From: Camelus ferus
Taxonomy: Eukaryota
Reading direction: 5' to 3'
DNA: 64,000 nucleotides
Assembly: GCF_009834535.1 (NCBI RefSeq)
Contig: NC_045697.1
Location: forward strand, 31,746,001-31,810,000
The translations under genes and the position numbers were made by a program. Below the pieces are notes generated by a model. The model saw nothing but the letters and a program-made list of their open reading frames with translations. It did not search any database and was not told the origin of the DNA. Below are positions 25,720-39,380 of this stretch, one piece after another (position 1 is the stretch's first letter; every line of letters starts with the position of its first letter).

Positions 25720-27210
25720 TCTATCTTTACTTCTATCTCCTTAAGTTTTCCTTATCTTTTAAAACGGCACCAACATCCACGTCAATCCTTAAATTAGAAT
25801 TCTGGGAATAAGTGTTGACTCTGTCTCTCTCACTCTACTAATCCAATTGGTTTCCAAATCCAGTGAATGCTACCAGGTAAGTCTCTCTTTAAAATGCCCT
25901 CCTACCCATTTTTGCCATCTTAAAGCTACTAGCCATGTCATATCTGTAGCAGGGGCAGTGCTCATTATTGTTTGTCTAGAGCTGGGTTTAATCACTTTAT
26001 GGAGATTACCACATTTAATTCACAAAGTAATCTTGTAAAATAGGTTCCAAATTATCTTCACTTTATGAGATGTCATTCATCTAGTACACGGTACAGCCAG
26101 GACTCTAACTCCAAGCATCCAACACCAGAATCTTCATTCTCACACACTTCAGGCTGTCCTGTTTTCTCATCTCAGTGTCTGTAGAAGCCCTTTGACTGCC
26201 TTCTTCCTCCTGCACTGACACCCTCCAAACTTTTATACATACTGCTGTCAAAGCTAAATCATCTTACTCTACTTCCTAAAAATCCCACAATACTTTCACA
26301 TTTTTTAATGTGTAGAATTCATCATCTTTTCCAGGTCATTGAGGTCAGCCATGCTTGGGTTTTCTCAATTCAACCTCACATCTCGCCATATTTTCCCTAA
26401 TATTCTCTTCTTGAGTGACGAGGGTAACTTGAGTTACCCTCTTTGACAGAAATGTCTTCCTTAATCCTAAGTATGAATATAGTTGGAACAGACTAAACTG
26501 CTAGAGCAAAGAGATCCAAAAAGATAATGCAGTGACCCAACTGCAATAGAAGCTTTTCTTTTTCATGCAGTAGTCCAGGGTAGGTGTTTCGGTCTGGGAC
26601 ATGAAGGGATACAGCTCTTCTCTGCACGGTTATTCTGAGTTCAAAGCTGACAGTGGCTCTGCCATTGACGCACGGCTTCCAAGGTTGCTGTCATTACCAC
26701 CATCACAGTCCGTGGGGGATAGAAAGTTGTGGAAGAGTGAACTCCCAGTTTCATGGACCATTGCTGGAAGTAGCATGCATGCTTTCTACTCATTCTCCTT
26801 TGGCAAGAGCTTGATCAGATGATGTCATGTCTCTCCGAAGGGCTGAGGTTTACCGTCTTTGGCTAGGCAACTATAGACTAGACGCAGCTATATTGCTGCG
26901 GAAGAAAAAAACATAGGTAACAGTAGACAGATTTACCACATATGGTTAACTCTTATTTGTTCTTAAGAACGCAGATCATATGCCATCTGCCCCAAAACAT
27001 CTTTCCTGATCCCATCAGCTGTGGGGGAGCATCCCTCTTCTGTGATCTCACAGCCTACTGCCTATCGATAAACCATCCTTCCAATTAGAGAGTGAGTTTT
27101 TCGATGGGAAAGACCTGTTGTTGATCTCAGTATTCTCAACACATAACACGTTGCTGAGCACATAATATCGTTCTCCAGAATATAAATTGGACTGAATTAA
27201 ATTAAAATGA
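25720..27210 (+). mobile_element. L2 fragments interrupted by a MIR (~25960-26130) and an MLT1 LTR
   Basis: Pyrimidine-rich L2 body. 3' end tgagtttttcgatgggaaagacctg...gcacataatatcgttc...tgaattaaattaaaatgaa. Confidence 0.6.
26470..26940 (-). mobile_element. Old MaLR LTR (MLT1I/J-like)
   Basis: ctaaactgctagagcaaagagatcc...caatagaagcttttcttttt...gttattctgagttcaaagctgacag...tactcattctcctttggcaagagctt. Confidence 0.65.
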
Positions 27211-28249
27211 AATAATATGGACTGTACCAAGATTGAAAAAAAAAAAAAGGACTGAAAACTATGAGAGGCCAGTGTTATGGAAGCCAGGAGAAGGAGCAGC
27301 TGCATCAAATACTTCAGAGAAAGTAATTATGTCTGAGAAAATGGTTTGTAAGTTTCAGCTAACGAACAGAGGTAAACATGTAAAGGAGCGAAGAAAAGGT
27401 GAGATAAAAAGTGAAACTAGGTGACAAAAAAAAAAATCTAAGGAGGATTTTGTTTTGTTTTTAAAATGGGAAGTCATGACTTTCCCAAAAGGTACTATAC
27501 GGTATGGAAAATAAACAGCTTGCTCTATAATTGTTCCCAAGTGTCTCGGCTTGGATTCAATTATTTTATACTAAGCATAAATACCATGTGCCCTCAGGTA
27601 TTCAAGGATAATGATGTCCAATTTTTGTTTTCTCAGTTGTCAAAGAAGTATACTTTCTAAACTAGCTGAGCAGAAATGTAATTAAACAAGCATATTTTAT
27701 TACTGGAATCAGGGTATTTTGAGTTTTCAAATGTGTTTCAATTCTCAAAAGACAATTTTCCCAAACGTTATATTTCTTCTTGCATTCTTAAGCTAATTTT
27801 GATAAAGAAAATTTAATTTTTATCTCTTTATTAGAAATTCAATGTTTATATCTCTTTGTTAGCATCAGTGCACCATAAATCATAGGAGTGATGCTTACCT
27901 CTGCTCCAGCAAAGCTTGTCTTCACATGTGTCCAAAATAAAAAACATTATACATTTTTTAGCCTTTTTGCATCTCAAAAATGAGAATCCTCTGCAATACT
28001 CTGCATATACTTTCTTCTTTTCCTCTCATTCTGGCCCCCCTAGAACCAGGAATGTAAAAGCAAATCCTGCTGAGATTGAAAAATTTTGAGAAAGTAGAAC
28101 ACCCAACTCTGGAGCATCTCCCTTCTTATTACTCTTTAGGTATCACTGTGTTCAAGAACAGGAACTTTCAGAAGGAGTGAGGAGATTTTGTGAATATCAG
28201 ATGTTTTAGAGCAAAGAAGACCTTGGGATAGTCCAACACTGCAGATGTC

Positions 28250-28381
<132 letters not shown>

Positions 28382-29170
28382 CCAGTGTTCTTTGAGCCTG
28401 GTTATGCACTCCTTCAGCCAGGGTTAAGATTCTATCCTGTGTGTTTCCATAGAACCTTGCATTAATCATGAAATATCATGTAACACACTTCATTGGAATT
28501 ATCCTTGGAACCCATTTGGCCCAACTTAGGCCACACATCTACCCCCTGACACGAAATACATACGGCTGTCTGGGTGGGGTTAGAATTCTTAGACAAGGAT
28601 GATCATGGACTAGAGAGGTGTTTACTGTAGGGACAAAATTCTAGTCAGGACTAGGAAGAACACATGTTAGGATTGTGCATCCGAGTCTGCAGTTAAGAGA
28701 GTGTATTAATCATCTGCACAGATTTTGTTTTATTTAAGATATGACATTCCAGAAATATACAAATTAAAGATGGCAAAAGAACAAGGCTTGAGAAGTAGAC
28801 TGGGAATATCCTAGGAGAGAAGATTCCAAAGGTGAAAAAATTGTGCTTTCTGTCAATCTTAAAAAAAATTCTCCCTCTTTTTTTTTTTTTTAATGCAGCA
28901 AATCCTACTAAAATGAATAGGTGTCACTTCAGTAAAGCCCAAAGCCCAGTTTCTAATTAGCTGTCTAAGTTTCAGAGAGATGAGAAAAAGAATTTCATGA
29001 GTAATAATTAGCAAGAGATAAAATTAAGCTAAGACTTTTTTAGTTACAAAAAAGGATTTTCCCCTTATTTTTTTTTTACAAAGATGTGGATTTATAATTA
29101 TAGTTCAAAGTTTTACTATAATCTTTCTTCAAAGTAAATGGCCTTAAACAGACCAATCAAATAGTTCTCA

Positions 29171-30395
29171 TTTTTTAACAGCTTTATTGAGATATAAATC
29201 ACATACCATAAAATTCACCCTTACAAGGACACGATTTCGTGGGTTTTAGAGTATTCACAGAGTTGTGCAAGCATTACTATTATGTATTTTTAGAACATTT
29301 CCATCACTCCCCCAAAGAAACTTTGTAACTATTAGCAGTGGTTTCCCTCTTATCATCTTCACATGCCTGGACCCAGTTCTAGGAAGCCACTAATGTACTT
29401 TACATCTCAATAGATTTGCCTATTCTGGAAATTTTATATAAATGGGATCACACCATATGTGGTCTTTTGTGACTGGTTTCTTTCACTTAGTATGTTTTCA
29501 GGGTTCATTCAAGTTGTGACATATACTAATACTTTATTTTTGTTGCTGAGGAATTTCCCATTGCATGGAAATGCCACAGTCTACACACTCATCAGCTGAT
29601 GGGCATTTGGGAATCTACACTTTTTGGCTATTATGAAGAATATTGATAAGAACATTTATGTACAAGCTTTTGTGTGGACATGATTTTTCAATTCTCTTGC
29701 ATATATACTTAAAAGTAGAATCACAGGGCCATATGATAACCCTATTTTAACTTTTTAAGGAATGGCCAAACTCTTTTCCTAAGCAGCTGCACCATTTTGT
29801 ATTCTTACCAGAGATGTATAAGTGTTCCAGTTTCTCCACATCCTCAGCAATACCATTGGAAGTGCATTGTATTATGATTTTGATTTGCATTTCCCTGATG
29901 AAAAATTATCTTAAGCAACTTTTCTTATGAGTTTGTTTGCCATTTGTATCTTTGGAGAAATGTGTATTCAGATCCTTTGTCCATTTTTAATTGAGTGTTT
30001 TCCCTTTTTATTGTTGAGTTGTATGAATTCTTTATATATTCTAGATACAACTTCATTATTAGATACATGATTTGAAAACATTTCTTCCCACTTTATGAGT
30101 TTTCTTTCTTGATGGTGTCCTGTCCTGTCATTTGAAACACAAAAGTTTTTAATTTCACTGAAATCCAAGTTATCTATGTTTTCTTTGAATATTCATACTT
30201 TTGATGTCATGTCTGAGAAACCATTACCTAAACTAAGGTCATGAAGATTGATGCTTATTTCCTTCTGAGAGTTTTATAATTTTAGGTCTATGATCAATTT
30301 TGAGTTAATTTTTGTGTATGATGGTAGATAAGAATCCAACTTTAATTCTTTGCATGTGAGTATCCAGTTGTCCCAAGAACATTCACTGAAAGAAT
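29171..30395 (-). mobile_element. L1MB-like 3' fragment (ORF2 end + 3'UTR)
   Basis: ttaacagctttattgagatataaatcacataccataaaattcaccc start. ORF2 peptide WEEMFSNHVSNNEVVSRIYKEFIQLNNKK. Confidence 0.9.
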
Positions 30396-31959
30396 ATTTA
30401 TCTCTTAGCTGAGATATTTATGGAAAAGAATCAGACAAATTATTGATATCATTGATAATTAGAAAGATTACTTTTAGAGTTCATAGGAAAAGAAGAAATG
30501 TCTGGTTAAAGGTCATTAGACTCTTGGCTGGCAGTCTTCTGGATCTCTAGGTTAACACTTTCCTAGAAAAAACAGCAGGCCCATTATTTTCCCTCAGAAA
30601 TTACTTATGCATTTCATCAGAAATACAGTTGCTTCCCAGAAGGTGGTTATCATATGTATCACCAAAATAGTTTATTTTCCAGTTCAAGTTTAAAAAAACA
30701 TTATTAGACCCTAGCAAAAGAGAGATACCAGAGTTCCACCAAATCTGTGCTTTTGACTAATAAAAGTTCTGATAAAATGTTTGTATCAAAGGAAAATATA
30801 AAACTTCATATATTGATGTGACATTTACATTTAAACCAGTTTCAGATACTAGAAAAAAATTATTATAGCAAGTATGAGTGAATCTCTTTGCAAAAAAACA
30901 AAAACAAACAAACAAAAAAACAGAAATGTTTTCAGTCATTCAAACAATCTCTAGCAAAATTATCAAGGTCCATCTCCTCCTTTTTTGGTTGTCCAGATAG
31001 GTTAGAATCCTGGGGTGGTGTAAAGGAACAGACACCATGTATTTTAAGAATCTGAGAGATTTTTTGTTGTTCTTGTTATTGTTTTGTTTATTATTGTTGC
31101 TATTGTTGTGTATTTTTATTTGAACCAGTCATTATCCCAGTCCAATCTGGACTCCAGAAACCTGTGTTTGCAAGGATTGTGTAACCCAAAATATTATAAT
31201 ATTTAAACAATTCTATATTTTCCAAATCAGAGAGACTGATTTCTAACAGTCCAATGATGGAAATAATAGGAATATTCTAAATCCATTTACTAGATACAAA
31301 AGGAAAATAGAGAAGCCATTATGCAAATGATCTCCATACAAAGGCTTTCAGAGTCACTCTGCCTAGAGAAGATGATATATAATACGGAGGAAAGGAGAAA
31401 ACCAAAATGGATTTGGCTCACTTGATTTTAAGTTTAATGTTTCATTAATGTTTGTCTTTTGAATGGAGATTAATTTATCATCCTTTTAGTCACCTGTTTG
31501 GTATATTTGTATTTCTGGTAATTATTCCCACATTTTTGGGCAAATAATTGTCACTTATAACAAGAATATAAGTTTCAGGAATGTAGGAACTTGATTCCTT
31601 AGGAGCCAAGAACTGCTCTAATTTTACTCGTCAACTCCCTTACTCAAAAGTTTCTTAAGATCAACTTTATGAAGTCTTTTTTAACTCTGAGAATGAACAA
31701 GTCTATTTTTGAAAGATATTTGCTTTCAAATCCTGTCTAGAGTGAGTAGCATCAATTCCAAAGGCATGGCCTATCCCTGGAATCTAAAAGGAAATGGAAA
31801 ATGGAAATACATGTGTGTGTATACGTATATATATTATTCTTAGTTGTTCCTCTCATTGTAAATGGAAGGAAGTTTCCCCTGAATAATTTGAATTTTGGAA
31901 GGCATGAAAAGGCTATAGCTTATGACTACCTCCAAAGAAATTGAGAGTTTTTCTTAAGC

Positions 31960-32175
31960 TGAATCACTAGTATCTATGATGCTTTCTTTAGTTCTCATCA
32001 CTGTGCGACCTTAGGCACGTTCTATAGATTTTCTAAATCTCAGATTTCCAAATGTAAATTGGAGATAATAATAACACCTAACTCATAAAGAAGTTGAGAG
32101 GATGCCATTTAAATACTGAATACAGGAGCATATTACAAAGAATCAATACATTTTAGCCATTATTATTATTATTAT
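31960..32175 (+). mobile_element. MIR SINE
   Basis: ctgtgcgaccttaggca...tctcagatttccaaatgtaaattggagataataataacacctaactcata. Confidence 0.75.
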
Positions 32176-33187
32176 CACAGAGGTTATAAGAGTAACTTCA
32201 TAAATGACCTTCCCAGTCATCTATGATGTGTTCTGAAATTCCAAACCAGTTCCACAAATAGCCAGCTTCTTCTGGCTTTCCTCCAGGGGACCAGCAAAGG
32301 TGCTGCAGTAGCATTGCCTCGGCCAGACAGAGGACCCGAAGGGAAGTGACACCTTCATTGTAAAAAGAGGAAGCTGTTGTTTGAGTTTCCAAGTAGAGTT
32401 TATTGAACTAAATAGAAGGAAACACTCTTTAGTGAAATTTGATGGGAAATATGAGGTGGCGAATAAGTGAGAGCTGAAGAAAAATTCAAAGAGATCCACA
32501 GAGCTGAGATAGAAAGCTCAGGGTTTGTTTTGTTTTGTTTTGTTTTTTCTATTTATTATCATTTTAACAAGAAGAGTAATCAATGTCTCAGCAATTCTCC
32601 TTGCTCAATTCATTTTTTAAACGTTGACTTCTTCCTAAGACTGGCTTCCTTAATTGCAAAATACTTCCACACAGATACAATATAGCTACAGATTTTCTCA
32701 TTTACAAGGATGTGGCAAGACTGTAGCTTTCTACAACCATCAAATTAAAGTTCTGAATTTCAGTTTGATGGGACCAACATGGACCAATAACTGTGACCAG
32801 AGCAAATATTACATGGTCACTGATTTAGGCTTGGGTAGTTATTCATCCTTCAACCCATGACTGTGGCAATAGGGATTGTCATTATGTTGATTTGCCCACA
32901 TCAATCAGTGGGCACCCATGGAGCTAGAGGTGGGGTTAGCAGCCATCTATATTCCATGAATGCTACACAGGAAAAAGAGAAATACTCTAAAAAAAAAAAG
33001 ATGTGAATTTCCCAAGAAAAAAATCTGCAGTTTGGCTAAAAACAGGTGAAGAGGAGGAAATTGTTGTTAGGGAAGGAGCTGGTTAACATTCACCCCAGAT
33101 CCAATCAAAACTCACTTTAAGTTCAGTTGGTAAAAAAAAAACAAAAACAAAACCTCTTTTATTGAAAAATGGGCAAATATGAAGAGA

Positions 33188-33430
33188 TAATAGCTACCAT
33201 GTATTGATTTTGCCATGCACTCTGGTACAGGAAATGTTCAAAATATCTTCTGTAAGTCTTGAAACATTTGGTATGAAAGTGTAGTTTTAATTTTCCTCAT
33301 TTCACAGAATGATGACTTAGAGAATTTGAGATACTTGCTCCATGGGCACAAATCTAGTAAGGGATGGAACCAGAATTCGAGCCCAGTTATGTTTGACTCC
33401 AAAGCTTTTTCTCTTTGTCTACCACTCTAC
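33188..33430 (-). mobile_element. MIR SINE
   Basis: cctcatttcacagaatgatgact...ctagtaagggatggaaccagaattcgagcccag...tgactccaaagc. Confidence 0.75.
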
Positions 33431-33719
33431 AATACTTCCTCCTGATCTTGCAAAAAAAAGACATTTCCAGGGAAATAAATAACATATTTAAGACTCTTTG
33501 CTGGAGGCAGTGATGAAAAACAATTTTTTATTTAGAATGTAATAAACAGTCATAAAATTAGTAGGAGTATAAATTAACATAAACTTTTTGGAAGGGAACA
33601 TCATAATATGCACCAAAACTTATATCATAGATAGTTTTTGTTCTATCCATTTCATTGTTAGAGAATACAATTTCAAGTTTGAAAAAATACGGGTACAAGG
33701 ATATTAATTGCAGTAATTG

Positions 33720-34030
33720 GTGAAATAAGATAGGAGATAACCAAAAGCATATGTGTTAGAGGAAGGTGAGAGGGAGGTTGCAGTATTAAAGAGAATGGTG
33801 AGCAAGGACCTTATCAGGAAGGTGAGATTTGAAACTTGCAGAAGTAAGGAAGGGCATTCCAGAGTGTGGAATAACTTAAAGCAGTATACTAGGATGGGAA
33901 GATGCCCAGCAAGTTTAAAAAGCAGCAGGGAGGCCAACATGGCTGGAACAGTACCAGGGAGGGTGAACGTAGGAGATGAAGGCAGAGGCTCAACCAAAGA
34001 CCACCCAAGGCATTTCAAGCCTTGAAGTGA
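33720..34030 (-). mobile_element. L2 fragment
   Basis: agggcattccagagtg...tttaaaaagcagcagggaggccaacatggctggaacag...gtaggagatgaaggcagag. Confidence 0.75.
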
Positions 34031-35014
34031 CCTGTACTCATAAACACTACTTGATACAGCCTCATTGAATAGGTGTGCAGACTTAGATTGTGTGTATACA
34101 TATACACTAGAGTGTGAGAGCAGTTCATCTAAAGACTGGGCAGCTGACATAGAGGAGAGATGGGTGCTAGTGAGTAGGAGGCTGAAGAAGTGACAGGTTT
34201 GAGAAGATGATGAATTAATTAACTTTATTTATGTCCTTCAGGAGGAAGGACAGATGATGGCATACCTTTAGAGAGACAGAGAATGAGCATGCTGATTCTC
34301 TTTCCTGGCTATAGGAAAAGAAGGCTATTTTGATTAGAGATGGGTTGGAGGGAAATAGTTATTTCATAGCTCAGTTCATGTACTGTGAAGAGACTCCGAG
34401 TTGATGTTTGAGAAAAATTCTGAAAAAACATAATTTGTTTGCCACCAAAAAAAAAAAAAAAAAAAAAAAGCAAGGAGACAAAAACCACTTTGAAAGGAAC
34501 ATAGGAAATGTGCTTCTCCAAATAATTTGAAGACTCAATAAAAAAATTGATTTTTTTTCTTCTTAAGATTTTGTTTTTCAAGCATGGATTAATTACTCCC
34601 ATAAATTATCCCAGGAAAAATTAGGTATTATACTTAATTAGTCTCTCTTTCTGCATAAAATCAATGTACTTATTTTAATATCACTTTAAATTACAGGAAT
34701 TCCACAGAAATGCATAAAAATAAATTACTAACAGTGTATATGAATTCTATTTTCTATTTTTATTGCAATCTAGTAACTTGGGAAAAGTTGGTTCTTAATT
34801 GCTTCAGGTAATTGTGTCTACCAAATAATTTAGTATAGAGAGAATTAAGTGGCTATTGATTAGAACTCCATGAATTTCCTAATTAATTTTAAGATTTAAA
34901 AATGTAACTCTTAGTTATTTTTTAGATTTGCTGTCCCATTCTTTTTTCCTTTTACTTGTATGATACCACTACAGTTGCAGCCAGGCTAGTCCTGGAGAAT
35001 GATTCAGTGACAAA

Positions 35015-35131
35015 GTGAAAACACAAAACTACTATATATAAATAGGTAAACAACAAGGTTCTACTGTATAGCACGGGGAACTATATTCAATACCTTGTAA
35101 TGGTCTTTAATAAAAAAGAATATGAAAAGGA

Positions 35132-35188
<57 letters not shown>

Positions 35189-35268
35189 AATTAATCACTA
35201 TATTACATACCAAAAATTAACACAATATTGTAAATCAACTATACTTCAATAATAAAATTTTTAAAAAA
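35015..35268 (+). mobile_element. Cetartiodactyl L1 3' end with expanded (TA)n(CA)n
   Basis: aaacaacaaggttctactgtatagcacggggaactatattcaataccttgtaat...taacacaatattgtaaatcaactatacttcaat. Confidence 0.9.
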
Positions 35269-35819
35269 TGAATAAGATTGAGGGCAACATACAACAAAAG
35301 AGGACTTGAGAGAAGATGAGGATGGCAGATGGAAGGAAACTCAGGAGACCTTGCAAGGAGAATGGAAAGGGAAGATTTTCAGGCTCTCAGGTCCTTTAGC
35401 CACAACACAGTCAGGTAAACAATTAATGTGAGGAAAAAATACACAGTTCAGCTTCTACATGTGAAAAAGAAATTACAATGTTTTTGTTTGTAAGAGTGAA
35501 AATACCTTATCAGTTGAAAAATAAAAAGTTCTTCCTTCCTAGACACATTAATTTGATACAATTTCTAATTAGTTAGTTGCTTAAGTGAATAATCCAGAAA
35601 ATCTGCAGCAATTTGGAGGACGATTGTCCTTAACTTCATAAAGAGGAATTAATAAATGCACTATAGGAGTCCTGTTCCCAGGAGATTTATTTTATTGATA
35701 AATATGGTCAAGAATGTGACACAGTTCCTAATATCAGAAGAAGCAACATTTAAAGTATGATAATCTTGCAGGTAAATGATGTAATTCTTTTATACAATTA
35801 GTATTGATTGGCTGTGGTG

Positions 35820-36640
35820 ACATTCCACTTCCTATCAGGTGGAGCCTAGTTCCCCTCATCTTGTTTCTCCTCTTAGCTCACTCTCCAGTTCTCCTTTGCT
35901 CATTCCAACTCTTCAACTTGACTTGAAAATTTTGTTGGGTCCTTATCCTTGGAACTCCTCTCTCTTCTAACTTCATGGACTTTCTAGACAAATCATTGGT
36001 TTTAAGGCCTTAAATACAGTATACATGCTGATTTGTCCTTTAATCAATTCTCTTGTTTAAATTTCAGGTTCATATTTATATTTATTTGTATTATATTTAT
36101 TTTATATTAAATCCATCAAAATTGAGCTCTTGAATCTCTTCCTGAGACTTCTCTATCTCCAGTGTTCTTCATCCCCAGTAACAACTCCATCATTTCATTT
36201 TCTCATGTCATAAACATGAGTCATCTTGACTCCTCTCCTTCTCACACACTATAAAAACAATGTTGGCTCCTTCAAAAGATATCAGAATTGATTATTTATG
36301 TTACTACCCTGGTCCTTGCCTCATTCACCCCTCGCCAGGCCTTCTGCTCTCACTCTTGCCCTTTTAAGTCTGTTTTCAAATATATGGTGAAAGTGATAGA
36401 TCCCTTTAATATCAATGCAGTTGTATCTCTCTTCTGCTTTTAACTCTTAATGGTTTCATTCTTCTTAGAACACTCTTCCCTCAGATTTCCGCTTGACTGA
36501 TGTCCTCACCTTTTTCACGTTACCTTTTCAATGAAGCTTTCCCTACTCTGAATTTAAAATTACAGCTTCTCCCCTAACATTTCCTTGTCCACTTCCCTGC
36601 TTTGTTTCTCTCTGTAGCACTCATTATTATCTGACATACC
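35820..36640 (+). mobile_element. L2 fragment
   Basis: tcatcttgactcctctccttctcacac, tttgtttctctctgtagcactcattattatctgacatac. Confidence 0.7.
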
Positions 36641-36828
36641 ATGCAGGTGGCAAAGGTCATTAGATTCTCTTCGATCAACAGCATTTGTTTTCAATTCAAT
36701 TTTTTAACTTTAGATTTTATATATACTACATACAGAAGATGAGCTTTACTTTAAATGAGATTAAATATGCATTCCAAGTTTCTTTTATAACATTTATAAA
36801 CATTAGAAAATGTATGAGACCAAGCCAT

Positions 36829-37249
36829 TGTGTTAGTTTGCTAGAATGGCCATAAAAATAATTACCACACACTACATGGCTTACACAACAGAAATTTGTT
36901 TTCTCATAGTTCTATAGACCAGAAGTCCAAGATCAAGGTGTAAGCAGGGTTGGTTTCTTCTGAAAGAAGAATCTTTTTCAGGCCTCTGCCCTTGGCTTTT
37001 TCAGGTGGCCATCTTTTCCCTGTGTTTTTATATCATCTTCTTTCTGTCTCTGTCTATATCCAAACTCCCTCTTCTTATAAAGATACATACATTAGATTAG
37101 GTCCCACACTACTTACCTCATTTTAACTTAATGACCTCTGTTAAGATCCTATCTCAAATATGGTCACAGTCTGAGGTACTGGAAATTAGAAACTCCAACG
37201 TATGAATTTGGGAGACAGCTGGTGGGGAGATACAGTTCAGCCCATGACA
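36829..37249 (-). mobile_element. MaLR solo LTR (MLT1B/C-like)
   Basis: tgtgttagtttgctagaatggccataa...acaacagaaatttgttttctcatagttct...acagttcagcccatgaca. TSD gccat/tccat. Confidence 0.9.
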
Positions 37250-39119
37250 TCCATTAATTCATACTCAATATCATGAATCTGAAAGTTAACTGACTCTGAA
37301 TTAAATACAGATATTGTGAAGGAGTGTCTACTGGTGGAAGCGTAAGGAGAAAACATGAAAGAGTAGATTAACAAACAGAATGCATTGGATTTGGATGTTC
37401 AGTCACCATTCATGTCCTAGGAGACTTTTCACATCCACTGCTAGCCTCATCCACCAAATAGAATATTGTTAAAACACAATCTGTTGCCACCTCACCAAAG
37501 GATGTCTTAACTTGTGACTTAGACCTAACCCTCAGACATAGAATCATAGAGTAGTTTGTTATGCTTGAGCATTATGTTGAAAGTTAGAGACATACAAGTT
37601 GTACCTAGTTGTGTTTAAACTCTAACCCTTGATATTTTATGAAAGAAATTAGCTTCAAGAATGCTGAATTGAAAATGTTATTTTGATTATTCATTTCTTG
37701 GGCCTTAGACTTTTTGACTTTCCCAGACCACTGAAATCTGAATAAATGCCTGAAAACATGCACACCCACACACACAAAAAGACTGCTGTTGTATTTATCA
37801 ACTGATTTTTTTTTTTTTTTTTTTTTGGAAGCCTGCTTAGGAGACTTCAACCTGGTGCATGTAGAAAATAGGTTATTGTTGGGTTTTGTGTTGTTTTGAA
37901 TCCTCAAATCTCAGCTACACTATTTATCTTGGAAATGAGTTTAGTTTACATGATTAATTTTTATAAAAATTCAAGATGAGAAACTGGAAGTTTTAAACAT
38001 TCTGTGTTTGCCAACACTTGGTTCATTGTGCTTATCTGGAAATTAGACACCTGCACTACAAATAAATTATAATTATTTTTAAGTCTGCTTGCTGGGGAAT
38101 CACTATTATGTTAGAATTCAGGTCATGACAGGTTTTCGAATGTCAAATTCACGGTGAATAATCATGGAGCTAATTTATCTAACTCTTTTGCTTCCAACAT
38201 TTCTGTAAATCCTTTGGCTTCCTGTTCAGAGAATTCAGGTACAGAATTTTGGGGATTCTTCAATCTGATTCCTGAAAAATTTGATAGGAATGGCTGATCC
38301 CAAAATCTCAGAACTTACAGCAATCTCATTTTAGAAGTTTACGAAAAATGTGCGGATGATTGTTGAAAATTCCCTCGGGGTCAACACTAAGCATTCCAAA
38401 AAACTTCAGCAGCACCATCCACTGACCAAAAGCAGGGTATAAGAACCATTATTAATAGGTCCAACGTGAACACTGGCCAGTCGGCTTGGGCAGCTAACAA
38501 CCAGTCACAGATGGCTCTAGTTCTAAGCAAATGAAATAACCCTTCTGGTGCGTATCAACTATCAGGTCTGTTTACAACTCTGGCAGAATGGCTTCGAATA
38601 CTCATCTTGCTGTGTGACTTTTAGAAAGTCTTTCAACTCTTTGAACTGCTGCTTTGTTTTGTTTTCTTTCTGTGTCCTGTATCCTGGAAATTATACTGCC
38701 TACTTCATGGAATTTTTATAGGATTCAAATGTAAATGGATAATTAAACAAGATATCTCTCAAGCTCTCAACACATAAGCATGCATAAGTGCACATATATG
38801 TTTGCAAATCTATGCATTAGAAGTTTCCCAAATGTTTTCTCCACTGATTTGGAGTTTATTATTTCAAAAAGACTATTTGGGGTAACCAAGAATAAAAGAG
38901 AATGGGCAGTCCTAAACAATGTGAAGATATTAAGAATTTTCTTCTTTGAGTAATTTTTCCAGATGGTGCTTAATTGCTTAAGAAGAGCCAGGCATTATGA
39001 GATATTATAAGAAAAAAAAACAAAAACCAGAGTTTCATTATTATGACTTAGTGTTTGGTTGACTTAGGGAATAAATATGTTGAAAATTTTATTTAATAAT
39101 GATGATAATAAAAATAACA

Positions 39120-39380
39120 ATATTAATAATATGAATAGGAATCACCTATGTGGTTAATACAATGTTCCAGACATTGTTTTAACTGATTTCCATATATTAA
39201 CTTATTTAGCCTTGACTATGGAGTATTTATTATCATTGTTCCCTCTTTATAGATAGGTAACTGAGGAAGAAAAATCAAAGCATTGTGACACTGTGACCAA
39301 GATCATATCCCGTAAGCGACAGAGCTGGGTCTTGAATCCAAGTAATCCGATTCCAGAGTCTATGTGTGTGACAACTTCAC
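39120..39380 (-). mobile_element. MIR SINE
   Basis: ctttatagataggtaactgagg...gacagagctgggtcttgaatccaag...ttccagagtc. Confidence 0.75.

Noticed and set aside
33704..34150. Longest ORF in the track (148 aa)
   Set aside because: It overlaps an L2 fragment and has no recognisable domain or splice context.
34448..34469. Isolated long polyA runs (also ~19516, and polyT ~37806) as retrocopy tails
   Set aside because: No properly spaced AATAAA, TSD or compositionally distinct body adjacent.
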